Made by a program: the position numbers and the translations under genes. Below the pieces are notes generated by a model that was not told where the DNA came from, did no database searches, and saw only the letters and a program-made list of their open reading frames with translations. DNA of 62,765 nucleotides, counting the filler, from Chiloscyllium plagiosum (Eukaryota): NCBI RefSeq assembly GCF_004010195.1. It is 3 parts of one record of this genome, joined end to end, with 100 filler letters (N's around TTAATTAATTAA, not from the genome) between each part and the next. Parts side by side here need not be neighbours in the genome. Positions count along the whole stretch, not along the records: positions 1 to 22,636 come from NC_057712.1; positions 22,737 to 49,556 come from NC_057712.1; 1 more part is not named here. One strand, written 5' to 3'. Below, piece by piece: positions 11,973-23,750 of the stretch. Within the stretch, counting starts at the first letter, position 1. Each line of letters begins with the position of its first letter.

Positions 11973-12743
11973 ATGAGCAAGTTGGTAAAGGACTCCACAA
12001 TGCTGACAGTGGATGCACATATGAAAAACAAAAAAGAAAATGTGCTTTTACACACTAGGCTCGACCACCTATACCGCGGCCACCGTATTGTCCTTTCAAC
12101 ATTACAGCAACAAAGTACAAATGTAACAGAGGAACTTGAGACTCTGTTGAACCAAAAAGCAATACTCCAGAAATGTAAATTAGATGATTTAATTATGCAA
12201 CTAAAGACTTTCAAAAAGGGAGACACAACTGAGATTACTTCAAATGGGGATGCAACAAGGGGAGTGAATTGTTTACTTTTTGGAAGGGCTAAAACAACTC
12301 CTTCAACAATGCTGAGTAATTTACAATCTGGACAGCGACGTGAGAGTTTGCTGGATACCTGGGCTGGTTTAGATGGGAGAACCAGTCCAAATTTTTCCTT
12401 TCAAGATGAATTAGGTGGAAGGTTTTCCACAAGTCAGTACATGAAGAAAATGCCTCACATGTCTGCTTCAATTCATACTGTTTCTTCAAGGCCTCCTGGT
12501 TTAAGGAGATCCAAGTCAATTGTATCTTTGGGAGGAAATACTGGAGATGGTGGCAATGGCCAATGTTTGACACACAAAGAACTGCGTCGTATGGCCAGCA
12601 TGGAAAACATTTGTCAAAAGGAACTGGAGAGACAGAAGCTTGACCGTTTGCAGGAACGAGAGCAATTCAAGAAGTTCCTGGATGAGAAGATGCAAGAGAA
12701 AGTGAATGACTTTATAAAGACATTGGATAAAAACTTGAAATAA
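11973..12743 (+). CDS. Uncharacterised 256-aa coiled-coil protein, single coding exon, nested antisense in the last intron of the minus-strand gene
   Basis: Longest gap-free non-repeat ORF in the window. The frame opens at 11922, next to a tandem acceptor TTTCAG/CAG (11935/11938). Heptad-rich N- and C-termini, Ser/Gly-rich middle, no transposon motifs. Confidence 0.8.
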   Translation: MSKLVKDSTMLTVDAHMKNKKENVLLHTRLDHLYRGHRIVLSTLQQQSTNVTEELETLLNQKAILQKCKLDDLIMQLKTFKKGDTTEITSNGDATRGVNCLLFGRAKTTPSTMLSNLQSGQRRESLLDTWAGLDGRTSPNFSFQDELGGRFSTSQYMKKMPHMSASIHTVSSRPPGLRRSKSIVSLGGNTGDGGNGQCLTHKELRRMASMENICQKELERQKLDRLQEREQFKKFLDEKMQEKVNDFIKTLDKNLK

Positions 12744-14069
12744 CTTACCTATAAATATGTTATATTTGTAGACCATGTTTGGGATACACAAATCAACAAA
12801 TCTCATCTGGGAACCCAATCTGATGAATTTTCTGTTTTAGATGCTCTCAGCTGTGTTGTATTTTCCAAAGTTTACTGTCATTTTGTTTTGTTGCCTCAAT
12901 TTTATGCAGAGAAGTTCCCCACCTCTATTTACTAAATTTTAGATAAGAATAGATGAAAATGCTGGGCCAATTATAACATACCTCGCACTATTGATACTGC
13001 ATAGTTGAAATGTGATTTGAAAACTGGTGACTGTTACATACAGGAATTGCAGCTGTTTTGAATCATTATCTGGTATGCCTGTCAGAGGAACACAATAGAA
13101 GACCTCAATCTCATGTTAACTGAGGTTCTTGGCACACCTTTTGTTTTTCATCACTTAATCATAAATTTCTATGTATGGAATAGTTAAACAACCCCAGAGT
13201 AATCAACTTGCTTTGCCAGCTAGAATGGAATTTTGTACAGATCACAGTTTCCCAAATTATTTTCCAGTGTGCTCCATTCTAACAATTGAAAATGACAATG
13301 ATCCCAGATATTAGAAAAGCAATGGCATAACATTCAGTCTATAATTATTGAGGTTCACATATCATACAATATTGTATAATAGGAAATGAAAATCTGTATT
13401 TTTAAAGTATTTTGTAAAATGTGTTAATATTTACTTATATAGGTTTCAGCCAAGCTCTCCACATTTTCCATTGATGGAAGGCTCAGTGAAGTTCCTCTAC
13501 CTTTCACACCCACAACAAACTGTTCCATCCTTACTACCATCCTCCATACAGTAATCAGTTTCTCTTCAGTCCTCTCCCATACGCACACATTAAGATCGGC
13601 TCCTCTTATACCACCATATACATGTACTCCACCAATGACCTCTTCCCCTGCCCTCAGTTGTCAGTCCCTGTGAAGCGGACTTGCCATTACAGAATGGCTC
13701 TACAGCATGACCCTTCACTTCCTACAGATCATTTACATACTTGTGTCCTGAACAGCAGTAAATATTATCATTCTAACATGCCTTTACTACCTAAGGACAT
13801 TTAAAAAAAATTGTGAAGCTACTTGGATATTTCTCAGATATCTGCCAAAATAGTACATTATTGCAAGCTGTTCTCATACTCGTCTTTCATAATTTTTCTT
13901 TTTTTGCACAATGTTTCTGAATGCTTCAAACAATGTCAAATTCCCATTTTGTTTTGAAAATAATATTTGGCTCTTCTGTTTCTTCATAAATATTTTTGTC
14001 TTCTAATGCCAAAAAAATTTAAAAACCAGCAGAAAGTCATATAGACTTTATATATAGTTAAAAAATAGA

Positions 14070-14265
14070 AAATAACATTGTGTGTATCTAGCTTATATAG
14101 ACTTCATGGCTTCAGAATGTTCCCAAAGCACTTTACAGCTGTTTTTGTTTACAAATAATGTCAGAAAATCTTTATGTTCACACAAACAGGTAGGGGGAAC
14201 TTCATTTCTTTTGTCTTATCCAACAGATGGCATCTCTGACGATATATTGCAATGAAGTGTCAACT
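14070..14265 (-). mobile_element. Decayed DeuSINE fragment
   Basis: GTTCCCAAAGCACTTTACAGC and CTTATCCAACAGATGGCATCTCTGAC resemble the reverse-complemented Deu core and tail. Confidence 0.5.
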
Positions 14266-14649
14266 TTAAAAGCCACTAAATTAAGTAGCCTCTCCCTTTT
14301 AAAAATTTCACGGATCATTCTTCTGCCCACTGCCAATGAGTGATAGTTGCACCATGCATTATTATCATCTGCAATAATATGTGTGGAACCTCATGAAAAA
14401 TGTATGCAGCCCAGATAAAACAGGGATTTGGCATTAAAGACTCTGAGCTAATTTTTCCTATATTTATGTGCTGAAAATGTATGAACTATTTTGAATTCCG
14501 GTTTTTGCAAAATATATTCAGTTTCAAGTTAAGACAATAATTTATGGCTGTAATGTCTTAAAATTCAAAAAAGACATAAGCATTTAAGTCAGTGACTATT
14601 GAAATCAATCAAAACAATGAAACAATTCTATGTGAAGGAAGAGATCCAC

Positions 14650-15030
14650 AAAAAAAAAATTAAGAAAGGTTGAATATGCTAGGGTTTTTCTTCTTTCAAT
14701 AAAGGAACACTTAGACATCACCTGATAAAGTTCTTTAAAATGATGAATTGGTTTGACAGAATAGATGTGGAGAAGATTTTTTTTCCACTTGATAGAATCA
14801 AAATCTAGAAGCAATGGATATTAGATAGTTTACAAAGAAATCTAACAGCAAAAGTGAAAATTGTCTCTACTCAGAAAGTAATTAAATTGTGGAACTTCCT
14901 ACCACAGAAAACAATGGATTTTAATAGTTTCGACACTGTTAAAATAAAAAGTATAAGAATGAAAAGTAAACAGATAAAATGCTAAAAAGCTCAGATGAGG
15001 TATATACAATGAGACAAAATTCATATTTAG
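14650..15030 (+). mobile_element. Old CR1 3' ORF2 fragment
   Basis: Remnants ERLNMLG, LIKFFKMMNWFDRIDVEKIFF and TQKVIKLWNFLPQK. Confidence 0.65.
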
Positions 15031-15039
15031 AGTGGAGTA

Positions 15040-15190
15040 AGTGCGGTGGCATAAAGGTAATATCCCTGGACTAGTAATCAAAGCCCAGATTAATGTTCAA
15101 AGGGCATAAGGTTGAATTCCACCATGGTAGCTGGTGAACATAGAACAGTACAGCACAGAACAGGCCCTTTGGTCCTCGATGCTGTGCCCG
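15040..15190. mobile_element. tRNA-SINE head (+) abutting a CR1 tail (-)
   Basis: GGTGGCATAAAGG...GGTTGAATTCC boxes, then AACATAGAACAGTACAGCACAGAACAGGCCCTTTGG. Confidence 0.55.
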
Positions 15191-15739
15191 TGAATGAATT
15201 TAAACAAATACACATTAGTGGCCTTGTTTGAATGCAGTATATGCTGTGCAATTCTATGTAATAACAACAACACAGACAACAATGTGATTTTCTGACAAAA
15301 ATGCAATAATTTAATTACACAGAAATTAGAAGACATAGAGGATTGAGAATTTTCAGCTTGTGAATGGTATGCAAAAGCTATTTTACACTAGTTTGAATTG
15401 TACTTTTATCAGCAAATTCCCTCTACAGATTTCTACAATGATTTACAAGGCTTGCTAGCTATCTTGTAATAAAACATTCACTGCACATATGCAATAGAAG
15501 TAAGTGGAGTAGAGTCTGGAAGTAGACTTGATTTACCAATTGGTCTTTGCCACATTCTGTGTTTTTTCTGTTTGTAGCACGAATAAACCAAAAAGCCAGT
15601 CTTTGTTGCTTTCATTTACCCTTTGACCTAAAGTAATCACCTAAAATAAGGAAATAGATTTTTCTTAGATAATTTATTTTTTCACAACAGTAATGTAATC
15701 ATGCTATACTCATGTACAAGGCACTTAATTTACTCATAC

Positions 15740-15835
15740 AAGCACAGAATGCTGGAGAAACTTAGCAGGTCTGGCAACATCAGTGGAGAGAAATAAATTT
15801 AACATTTTAAGTCTAGTTTGACTGTTCTTCAGAAT
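15740..15835 (-). mobile_element. Penelope-pLTR-derived short repeat
   Basis: Similar to the left arm of 11395-11610 and to 19925-20052. Confidence 0.55.
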
Positions 15836-16739
15836 TTATTTATTTCCGTATGTTTGTGTAGGTTGCACTGCACAGTCTAAAATATTTATGAACTGGTAAA
15901 GTATAATGTTTTCTGTGATGAAATTACCACAGAAAACTGAAATCTTTTTACAAATATGCTGCCTAGATTTTGTTTTGAATTTAAATATTTAACAAAACAT
16001 TGAAAAAATATTTTTTAATACTTATTTATTGAAATAGTAATATGTCTTCAGAAAAATTGACACTAATCCTTAGACTGTATCATTTCCCATTCTTTCTAGT
16101 CTGGGCAGCACCCATCTAACATCAAACCAAATGCTTGGCTTTTTGTCATTCAACCAACTTTGTGTCTAATCTGTTAAATTTATTGTTCTTTTATGAGCTG
16201 ACTGATAGAAGCCATCTTCAAGAGCAGGAATGGAGATAAGGAGAAGGCCTGTCAATCTCAAGGCATTGATCTCAACTCTGGCAATAATCACTAGGACAGA
16301 AGGAAAATGGGAGAGAAATACCACTTTCCTTCTAATTATGGTCAATTAAACTAACTAAAAAGTAGTTAGAAGCTAGTGAAAGTCAGGGTGGAATACTTAA
16401 AGGCGAACACAGGTTTCAGAAGCTGTCAACTCACTTTATGATCTGCTGAGAAGAAACAGATACAAAGTAAGGAGCAGATAAGGCTGCCCTATTATGTCAA
16501 CCATTGAGCAGGCCATCAGCTTCTGAAGGTGTGGTACTGGGGCCCAGACTGATTATGGGGTACTGCCCAAAGCCCTGCAACATCCTCAGTCATTGCACTG
16601 AGTCTGCTGTGCTCTCCTTTACATGGCCTTCCAGAGAGAGATATGGATCTTCAAGACAATGAGACAGTGTGAGGAATGGAGATGGAGCAGATCTGACAGA
16701 TATTATGGAGCAGATTTCAGGCAGCAAAATTGCAATTTA

Positions 16740-17620
16740 AAAGTTGAAGATGGCAGAGTTTGACAGAAGAAAATCAAAAGGGCATGTGTAAAAAGTCAGG
16801 AAAGCTTTCAATTTTCCCACAAAACCATCACATTGACTACAAAAAAGCAGAAAAAGCCCAACAAGCAGTTCAGAGATAAAGCATTGCGACTTGTCAGAAT
16901 TTAAAGCTTTAGACAAAGTGAAATAGAATGGAATTGTCATAATACAGAATCAAAACCTGAAATGGACGAAAATAATTATGTTGCCATACCGGAGAGTTTA
17001 ATAGCTTGTATAACAAGGACAAGGGAACAACATTTCTACAGTGCAGAATTGTCAAATTCGGTAAGCTGAGAAATAAAACACCATTGATTCACTGCAACAC
17101 GAAAAGCTGAAAAGTAAGAAGATCAAAATAACATTGATATCAGCAAGATGAAAGCTTAAAAAAAAAGCAGATTGCCAACAGCGTTGAGAAGCTGCAGAAT
17201 TAAAACAACTTTAAAGGAAAAAAATATAATTGAATTAAGGAGGTAATGGCAGCAGAAGTAATATTACGCACAAATGAATGAAACAGAACACAGGAGTGGA
17301 CATCTTGGAAAAAAACTATTTTTGCAATTCAGAATTGCTTCAAAATTAAATACTAAACCAGAAATTGAACAAATGCACACACTACCATTTTCAATAGCAC
17401 ACATAGCTGATAGTGTTATAAATCACCAAACTATGAAAAAAGACACATATACTCTTGAAAATACTCTTCAAACTTTGATGATAAATTTAATCTGATTACA
17501 AAACATCTCAAAAGGGCAAAATAGATCATAAGAGTTCTCCATTCAGGAAATACCTGGATAATTTCATTAATTGTCCCTACAAATTAGTGGAAAATTATGA
17601 CAATGGAGCTTTGAAATCTG
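16740..17620 (+). mobile_element. Possible very decayed L1/Tx1-clade ORF1
   Basis: A-rich sense strand. Remnants resemble RSRRNNI (about 17115-17137) and PEIERAH (PEIEQMH in ORF 17274..17495). Confidence 0.3.
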
Positions 17621-17729
17621 AATTCATAACAGATAACAACAAATACTAACAGTGAATGTCAGTGCTATGAACAAAAAAGCCTCACATTTATTCATGCTTT
17701 TTTGTAGTTGCTTTCATTAAACCATTCTA

Positions 17730-18020
17730 ATTTAGAGCAATCAGTCTTTGAATGCCGTCAGTTTCTAGTAGATACATTGGTTGAAATCTTCCAAAATTTC
17801 AAGAATGTCCCAAAGCTTGGAAAACCGTAAATGAAATATCACCATGGAAGAATAGAGGAACACAGAAAGCAGGAAACTATAGGTAAGCCAGCGTATTATC
17901 TATTTTTGGGAAAATGCTGCAGTCTTTTTTGAAGATGCAGAAGTAGGATACTTAGAAAATCAAATTACAACCAGGCATTGTCAAAATAAATTTTTTGAAA
18001 GGAAAATTGTTTCATAGGTC
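17730..18020 (+). mobile_element. Old CR1 RT fragment
   Basis: Remnants VPKAWKTVN, KAGNYR and GKML. Confidence 0.55.
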
Positions 18021-18344
18021 AGGATCAATATGATAAATAAATGGTATAATTTACTTTAAATGGTAGACACAACAAATGCTTGTACAACAGGACTTTAAAG
18101 CAGCCGCATCACTCCCTACAAATTTGTGGCATCAGTAGCTGCAAAATTTCACAAAATGCAGTTGATTGTTCATGCAGAGCAGGTCAAGAGCATTATCTGA
18201 CAATATCTTTCGTTTTTTCCACAATCTGAGTTTCATAGAAACAATTATCATCAACAAGACACATTGCAAAGAGCTTTCTCTCCCTTGGGTCATAGCAGTC
18301 CTGATAGTGTATCCCTCATGTGTACCCGTCTCATGGTTTAACCA

Positions 18345-18807
18345 CATGGTTGGAGGGTTTGACCTAAATGGAGAGGCTGAATAGGCTGGGGCTGTTCTCC
18401 CTGGAGTATAGGAGGCTGAGGGGGGACCTTATAGAGGTTTATAAAATTTTGAGGAGCATGGTTAGGGTAAATAGACAAGATCTTTTCCTTGTGTTGTGGG
18501 AGTCCAGAATTAGAGGGCGTAGGTTTAGGGTAAGAGGGGAAAAATTTAAAAGGGATCTAAGGCACAAGCTTTTCATGCAAAGGATGGTGTGTGTATGGAA
18601 TAGGCTACCAGTGGAAGTGGTGGAGGCTGGTACAATTACAACATATAAAAAACATTTGTATGGTTATATAAATAGAAAGGATTTAGAGGGATATGGGCCA
18701 AGTGCTGGTGAATGGGACTAGATTAGTTTAGGATATTTGGTTGAGATGCACGAGTTGGACTGAAGGGTCTGTTTCTGTGCTGGAGATCTATATGACTCGA
18801 TGACTCA
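18345..18807 (+). mobile_element. CR1 3' end
   Basis: ORF 18368..18721 (ERLNRLGLFSLEYRRLRGDLIEVYKI...WNRLP), plus 3' UTR and ATGACTC tail. Confidence 0.92.
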
Positions 18808-19388
18808 GTTCTTCTGCATTTCCAAGCTACTCAAGCATATTTCTGGTTTTAGATTTCTTTTTGGATGGCTTAAAATTACATCAAAATGTTCTTGACTCCT
18901 TTTCTGTAAAATTAAAAAATCTGACTTCTTTCTGAGAGAGAACTGTTTCTCTTCCTCACAAGAATTTGGTGTGCTTTTCTTTCTGCTTTATCATTGTGTC
19001 TAACTGATTTCTCTGCAATTGATGAGAACTGTTAAAAGCCCTTTTAATACATTTCAAAATGATGATGGACTTCAGAGATATTTAAAAGAAATTACAGACT
19101 TTCATTACTGGAATACAGGTCAAAGTCATCACACAGGCAGCAGACAAAATGTTAAACATTACCAAAGATGTGTTGGGGTCCTATCTATTTCTTATAAACC
19201 AAAATTGCATTGTACAGCTGTTTACATGGGAGTACTGGCAATCTAAATGTGGCCACCTTAATAAATTGTAGCGAGTGGATATTGGGTGAGATACCAAAGC
19301 TAAATCAAATTTGGAATGTTGATATTACTCTTGCAGTGTTCACACTGAGAAATGGGAAGACCGACAAACTTAGTTTTCCAATACTCAC

Positions 19389-19435
19389 CAAGTTTCTCCG
19401 CAGCTTCAACACACACGCTTGGATACATTCCCTCC
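19389..19435 (-). CDS. Internal exon (47 nt, phase 1 to 0) of minus-strand gene: (G)RECIQACVLKLRRNL
   Basis: Acceptor CCACTTACAG, donor TTG/GTGAGT. Phase-compatible with both neighbours. Confidence 0.65.
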
Positions 19436-19924
19436 CTGTAAGTGGCACAGATAACATATGATCCTGTCTTTACCAACACCAGACCAATATTATCCTGTTG
19501 AAATAAACCAACTACCAGTTACTAAACAGTTTAATTCATAACATAACATCAGTTTTGACACAGTAGTTCAGAAACAATTGCTGATTCATAAATAAGCCTT
19601 CACAAAAGGTTATAAAATTTATATAATAAATGTTCATGCCCTATACATGTTTGAATTAGCATTTTAAGATTTTACCCTGCTAATCCTTTTAAATAGTCCA
19701 GTTTAAATTTCTGCCTGTTAAGTGATGCAATTGAGCAAGACCTGCATTTGCAATAGCACAAATTGTTACTCATGGATCATCCCTACTATGTTACGAACTT
19801 TCAATGAAAACTTTCAAAAATTGGACACAAATAAGCTATTAAGATGGCATATTCTGTTAAAACTTTAGGCTTTTGAATCACAAATGTATCAAGAACTTGT
19901 GATATTGGGACAGGCATTAAATAA

Positions 19925-20052
19925 AACAAAGAATAGATGCTGGAAATCTGAAAGAAAAGCAGAATATGCAGCTGAAACTCAACAGGTGTGATAGTGGCTG
20001 TGGAGAGAAAGCAGAATTAACGTTTAAGTCCAGTGACCCTTCTTCAGAACTG
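19925..20052 (-). mobile_element. Penelope-pLTR-derived short repeat with degenerate hammerhead core
   Basis: Minus strand reads CTGAAGA-AGGGTC-ACTG-GACTT-AAACGTT. Confidence 0.6.
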
Positions 20053-20623
20053 AGTGAGATCCAGCTTGTGGTGTTGCTTTAAATTCAGAGTGTGTGAATG
20101 AGAATAAATAACTTTATGTTAACCTCACTGAAGTTATTTATGTTGAACTCACTTTCCAAGGGTTAGAAATTCTCTTCTCTTTCCATCAAAACATACTGAT
20201 CATGGCAGAAAAACAGCACATACATTCTATCAGTAACAAGGATGAGAAGAATTCACTGAAAGGTCCTGGTGTTTGCTAACCTAAGAAGTAAACATTCCCT
20301 TTGTTTTAAAATACATCATTATTCAAGGTCTCTCTGTCAGCTTTGAGGGAATAAGCAAAAGTTTTGAACTCAACAGTTTGAATTCAACGTAGCTTCTTTA
20401 TTTTGATCACGTTAAACAAGAATCATAGCCGAATCTTACTTTTTTTGGTTTGAGTCCAAGTTGTGTTCAAGGTTTTTGAAGGAATTTCCACTGCAAGGCC
20501 TACTGAGTTTTCTAGCCGTATCTGATAAAACTCACCTCAGTAACACCTTACCCTTCCCCTATGGCATTAGTCATGTCCGATCTAAGCCCCATAGTATCAT
20601 GTGTCATTCCAAAAACAACTTAC

Positions 20624-20719
20624 CACTTGGTGATATCTCGGAATCCAATGGCATTTCTTGAATCCGTGTCATCAACCCTGTGTGATGATTACTATCCCCC
20701 TTGATTTGACCAAAGACTG
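20624..20719 (-). CDS. Internal exon (96 nt, or 93 nt from 20716; phase 1 to 1): (A)VFGQIKGDSNHHTGLMTRIQEMPLDSEISPS
   Basis: Tandem acceptor TTGTTAG/CAG, donor GTG/GTAAGT. Only the required frame is open across the exon. Confidence 0.6.
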
Positions 20720-21981
20720 CTAACAATCAAGACAATCTTTCTGTCTTTGTGTTTGCACTAAATGGAAAGGCAAGGCAAGGCAGAAGACATTTAAACCTGG
20801 TGTCTCTGGCTAAGAAGTCAAAGCGCAAAAGAGGAAGGCAAGGCAGTAATGCTGTAAGCATCTGAGTAGCTTCAAAATGATTGAACACGATGAAAGCGAG
20901 TGAAGAGCCTGGAGATGCGCCCTTGTTCCTTTCATGAACTGGGTGCATATGCCTAAGCTGACAGTGTATTTTAAACTGCATTACAGTGATAGTTGCGAGT
21001 GCAGCCCAAGGTCTAGCATTGAAGTGCAGAAGTGTCTTGCAAATGGATTGGATATGCCATGAGAGTTCGCACAGCTACCATATATCAGATACCAATATCT
21101 TTGGATGTAGGGTGTGTATGTGTGACTGTGCCCATGAAAGCTGCCCTGAGATGTCCAATATGGAATTCCTTTGGAGCAAGCAACACGCTGAAGTCAGCAG
21201 GTACAAGCTCTGATTTTCATGTCATGTTTTCTCAAAATCTAGCTTGTTTGACAAGTTTGATTTATTAATGAGATGATTTTGGCCAGAAAATAGACATTTC
21301 ACAAATAATAATCCCCTTAATTGACTAGTGAGAAACTCACCATCCATTCATAGAAGGCATAAAAGATGCAGCAAGATTTTCTCAATGTCAAGATTGGCCT
21401 TGCTGGACTTTTCGTGCCATTCTTTCAGAAATCTCGCCATGATCTATGTTACTCAGACCCTATATGATTCTGCCCAATGTCTTTGAATTAGACAGGTTTG
21501 TGAATGCCTTATGATGTACTAATCAGATCTATGGCATAAAGATCTCTATATTTCATTGAGACATCATGCTTTACCCTGTGTCTATTATTGCAATAATTCA
21601 CTCTAGAGAATGTAACACATTTTGTCCAGCTGAAATCTGTATCTACAAGGATTTGTTCAGAATGGAATTAAACCTCTGGGGTTAAATAAGTAGGGGATGA
21701 GCAATCTATTATTAATAGATATGACAAGCCACTAGATGACCCTCACCCTTAGCCAATGTAAAGAATTAATTTGGAATTTTTCCTCATAAGGAATCAGAAA
21801 CTGTCAAAAATACAGATAACCATTGAAAACTCCTTGGCACAGTTCCATAATTACCACCGTGAGATACAGTTCAATTTTACTTTGGAGACTGAATAAGAAA
21901 GACTTTGCCTATGCTGTCAGCAATTTAGCAAACCTATGACTTTCATGATAAGTAGTCTTCAAGTTTTCTTCACTGCTTTTT

Positions 21982-22636
21982 GTGAAGTTAGGCAGAAATT
22001 TAAAAAGGAGGTCCTCAAGGGTAGTAATATCTGGATTACTCCCAGTGCTACGAGCTAGTGAGGGCAGGAATAGGAGGATAGAGCAGATGAATGCATGGCT
22101 GAGGAGCTGGTGTATGGGAGAAGGATTTACATTTAAGGGTCATTGGAATGTCTTTTGGGGTAGAAGTGAGCTGTACAAGAAGGATGGATTGCACCTAAAT
22201 TGGAAGGGGACTAATATACTGGCAGGGAAATTTGCTAGAACTGCTCGGGAGGATTTAAACTAGTAAGGTGGCGGGGGGGAGGTGGTGAGGAAAGAGATCG
22301 ATCTGAGACGGGTACAGCCGAGAACAGAAGTGAGTCAAACAGTCAGGGCAGGCAGGGACAAGGTAGGACTAATAAATTAAACTGCATTTATTTCAATGAA
22401 AGGGGCCTAACAGGGAAGGCAGATGAACTCAGGGCATGGTTAGGAACATGGGACTGGGATATCATAGAAATTACAGAAACATGGCGCAGGGATGGGCAGG
22501 ACTGGCAGCTTAATGTTCCAGGATACAAATCTTACAGGAAGGATCGAAAGGGAGGCAAGATAGAAGGGGGAGTGACATTTTTGATAAGGGATAGCTTTAC
22601 AGCTGTGCTGAGGGAGGATATTCCCGGAAATACATC
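21982..22636 (+). mobile_element. CR1 ORF1 C-terminus and ORF2 APE start, ending at a gap
   Basis: RVVISGLLPV...MNAWLRSWC...LYKKDGLHLN (esterase block V), then LNCIYFN...GKADELRAW...WDIIEITETW. Confidence 0.92.
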
Positions 22637-22736
22637 NNNNNNNNNNNNNNNNNNNNNNNNNNNNNNNNNNNNNNNNNNNNTTAATTAATTAANNNNNNNN
22701 NNNNNNNNNNNNNNNNNNNNNNNNNNNNNNNNNNNN
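22637..22736. other. Assembly gap spacer (44 N + TTAATTAATTAA + 44 N)
   Basis: Exactly 100 bp with stops in all frames. An identical construct is at 49557-49656. Confidence 0.95.
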
Positions 22737-22820
22737 AAGGGCTTATGCCCGAAACGTCGATTCTCCTGTTCCCTGGATGCTGCCTGACCTGCTGTGCTTT
22801 TCCAGCAACACATTTCCAGT
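22737..22820 (+). mobile_element. Penelope pLTR end with 3' half of hammerhead core
   Basis: AAGGGCTTATGCCCGAAACGTCGA; the CUGANGA part would fall in the gap. Confidence 0.8.
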
Positions 22821-22824
22821 TTTC

Positions 22825-23750
22825 AAACTTTTGTATCTTCTGTTGGAAGAAAATGGAAGAGAGTATAACTGGGGTGGGAGGGATCTTTGGTTATGTTAGC
22901 TTCTCTCCTGAGGCACTGGGAAGGATAAATATAATGAACAGAAGGCAAATGTTCACAACTCTGTAGTTTCTTGTGGTCTTGGGCAAAGCAGTCCCATACC
23001 AACGTGTGGTGTATCCAGATAGGATGGTTTCTATGGTGCATATATAAAAATTGATGAGTCACTGTGTATGTAGCAAATTTCCTTGGCCTTCTGAGGAAGT
23101 AGAGACTTGGTGTGTTTTCTTGACTAGCATTTACATGGATGCACCAGGACAGATTGGTGGTATTTACCTCAAGAAACTTGAAGATCTCAACTATCTCCAC
23201 CTCAGTACAATTGATTCAGACAAATGCATGTCCTCCATTCCACTTCCTGAAGTCAATGACTAGCTGCTTCATTTTGGTGACATGGAGGGTGAGATTGTTG
23301 TTTTTACACCATGTCACTAAGCTCCCTTTCTCTTTTCCCTGTACTCTGTCTTGTCGTTGTTTAAGATCTAACCCAGTATGGTGATGTCATCGGCAAATTT
23401 GTAAATGGAGTGAGAGCAGAATTTGGCCACACAGTCCTAAGTATATAAGAATATAGTAAGGGGCTGAGTACGCAATCTTGTGGGACACTGATGTTAAGGA
23501 TTATCCTGGAAGTGGCATTGTCGTCTATCCTTACTGATTGAGGTCTGTGGGTCAGGAAGTCGAGGATCCAGTTGTGGAGAGAGGAGGTCTTGGGTCTCGG
23601 AGTTTGGAGGTGAGTTTGGTTGGAATTATGGTGTTGAAGGTGGAGCTAAAGTCAATAACTAGGAGTCTGACAAGGGTGCCCTTGTCCAGCTGTTCCAGGA
23701 ATGAGTGGAGGGTCAGGAAGCTGATGTCTGACATGGACCTGTTGCGGCGG
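22825..23750 (-). mobile_element. Rex1/Babar LINE RT and 3' ORF2 remnant
   Basis: LTLHSFLEQLDKGTLVRLLVIDFSSTFNTIIPTKL (ORF 23552..23734); IVEIFKFLEVNTTNLSW...LYFLRR...ITKDPSHP (ORF 22823..23200). Confidence 0.85.

Noticed and set aside
11918..12818. Antisense ORFs over the 256-aa gene
   Set aside because: Shadow frames of the + strand CDS with no independent support.
22681..22692. TTAATTAATTAA palindrome (also at 49601)
   Set aside because: Centred in identical 100-bp N spacers; an assembly linker, not biology. Adjacency across these gaps is also unverified.
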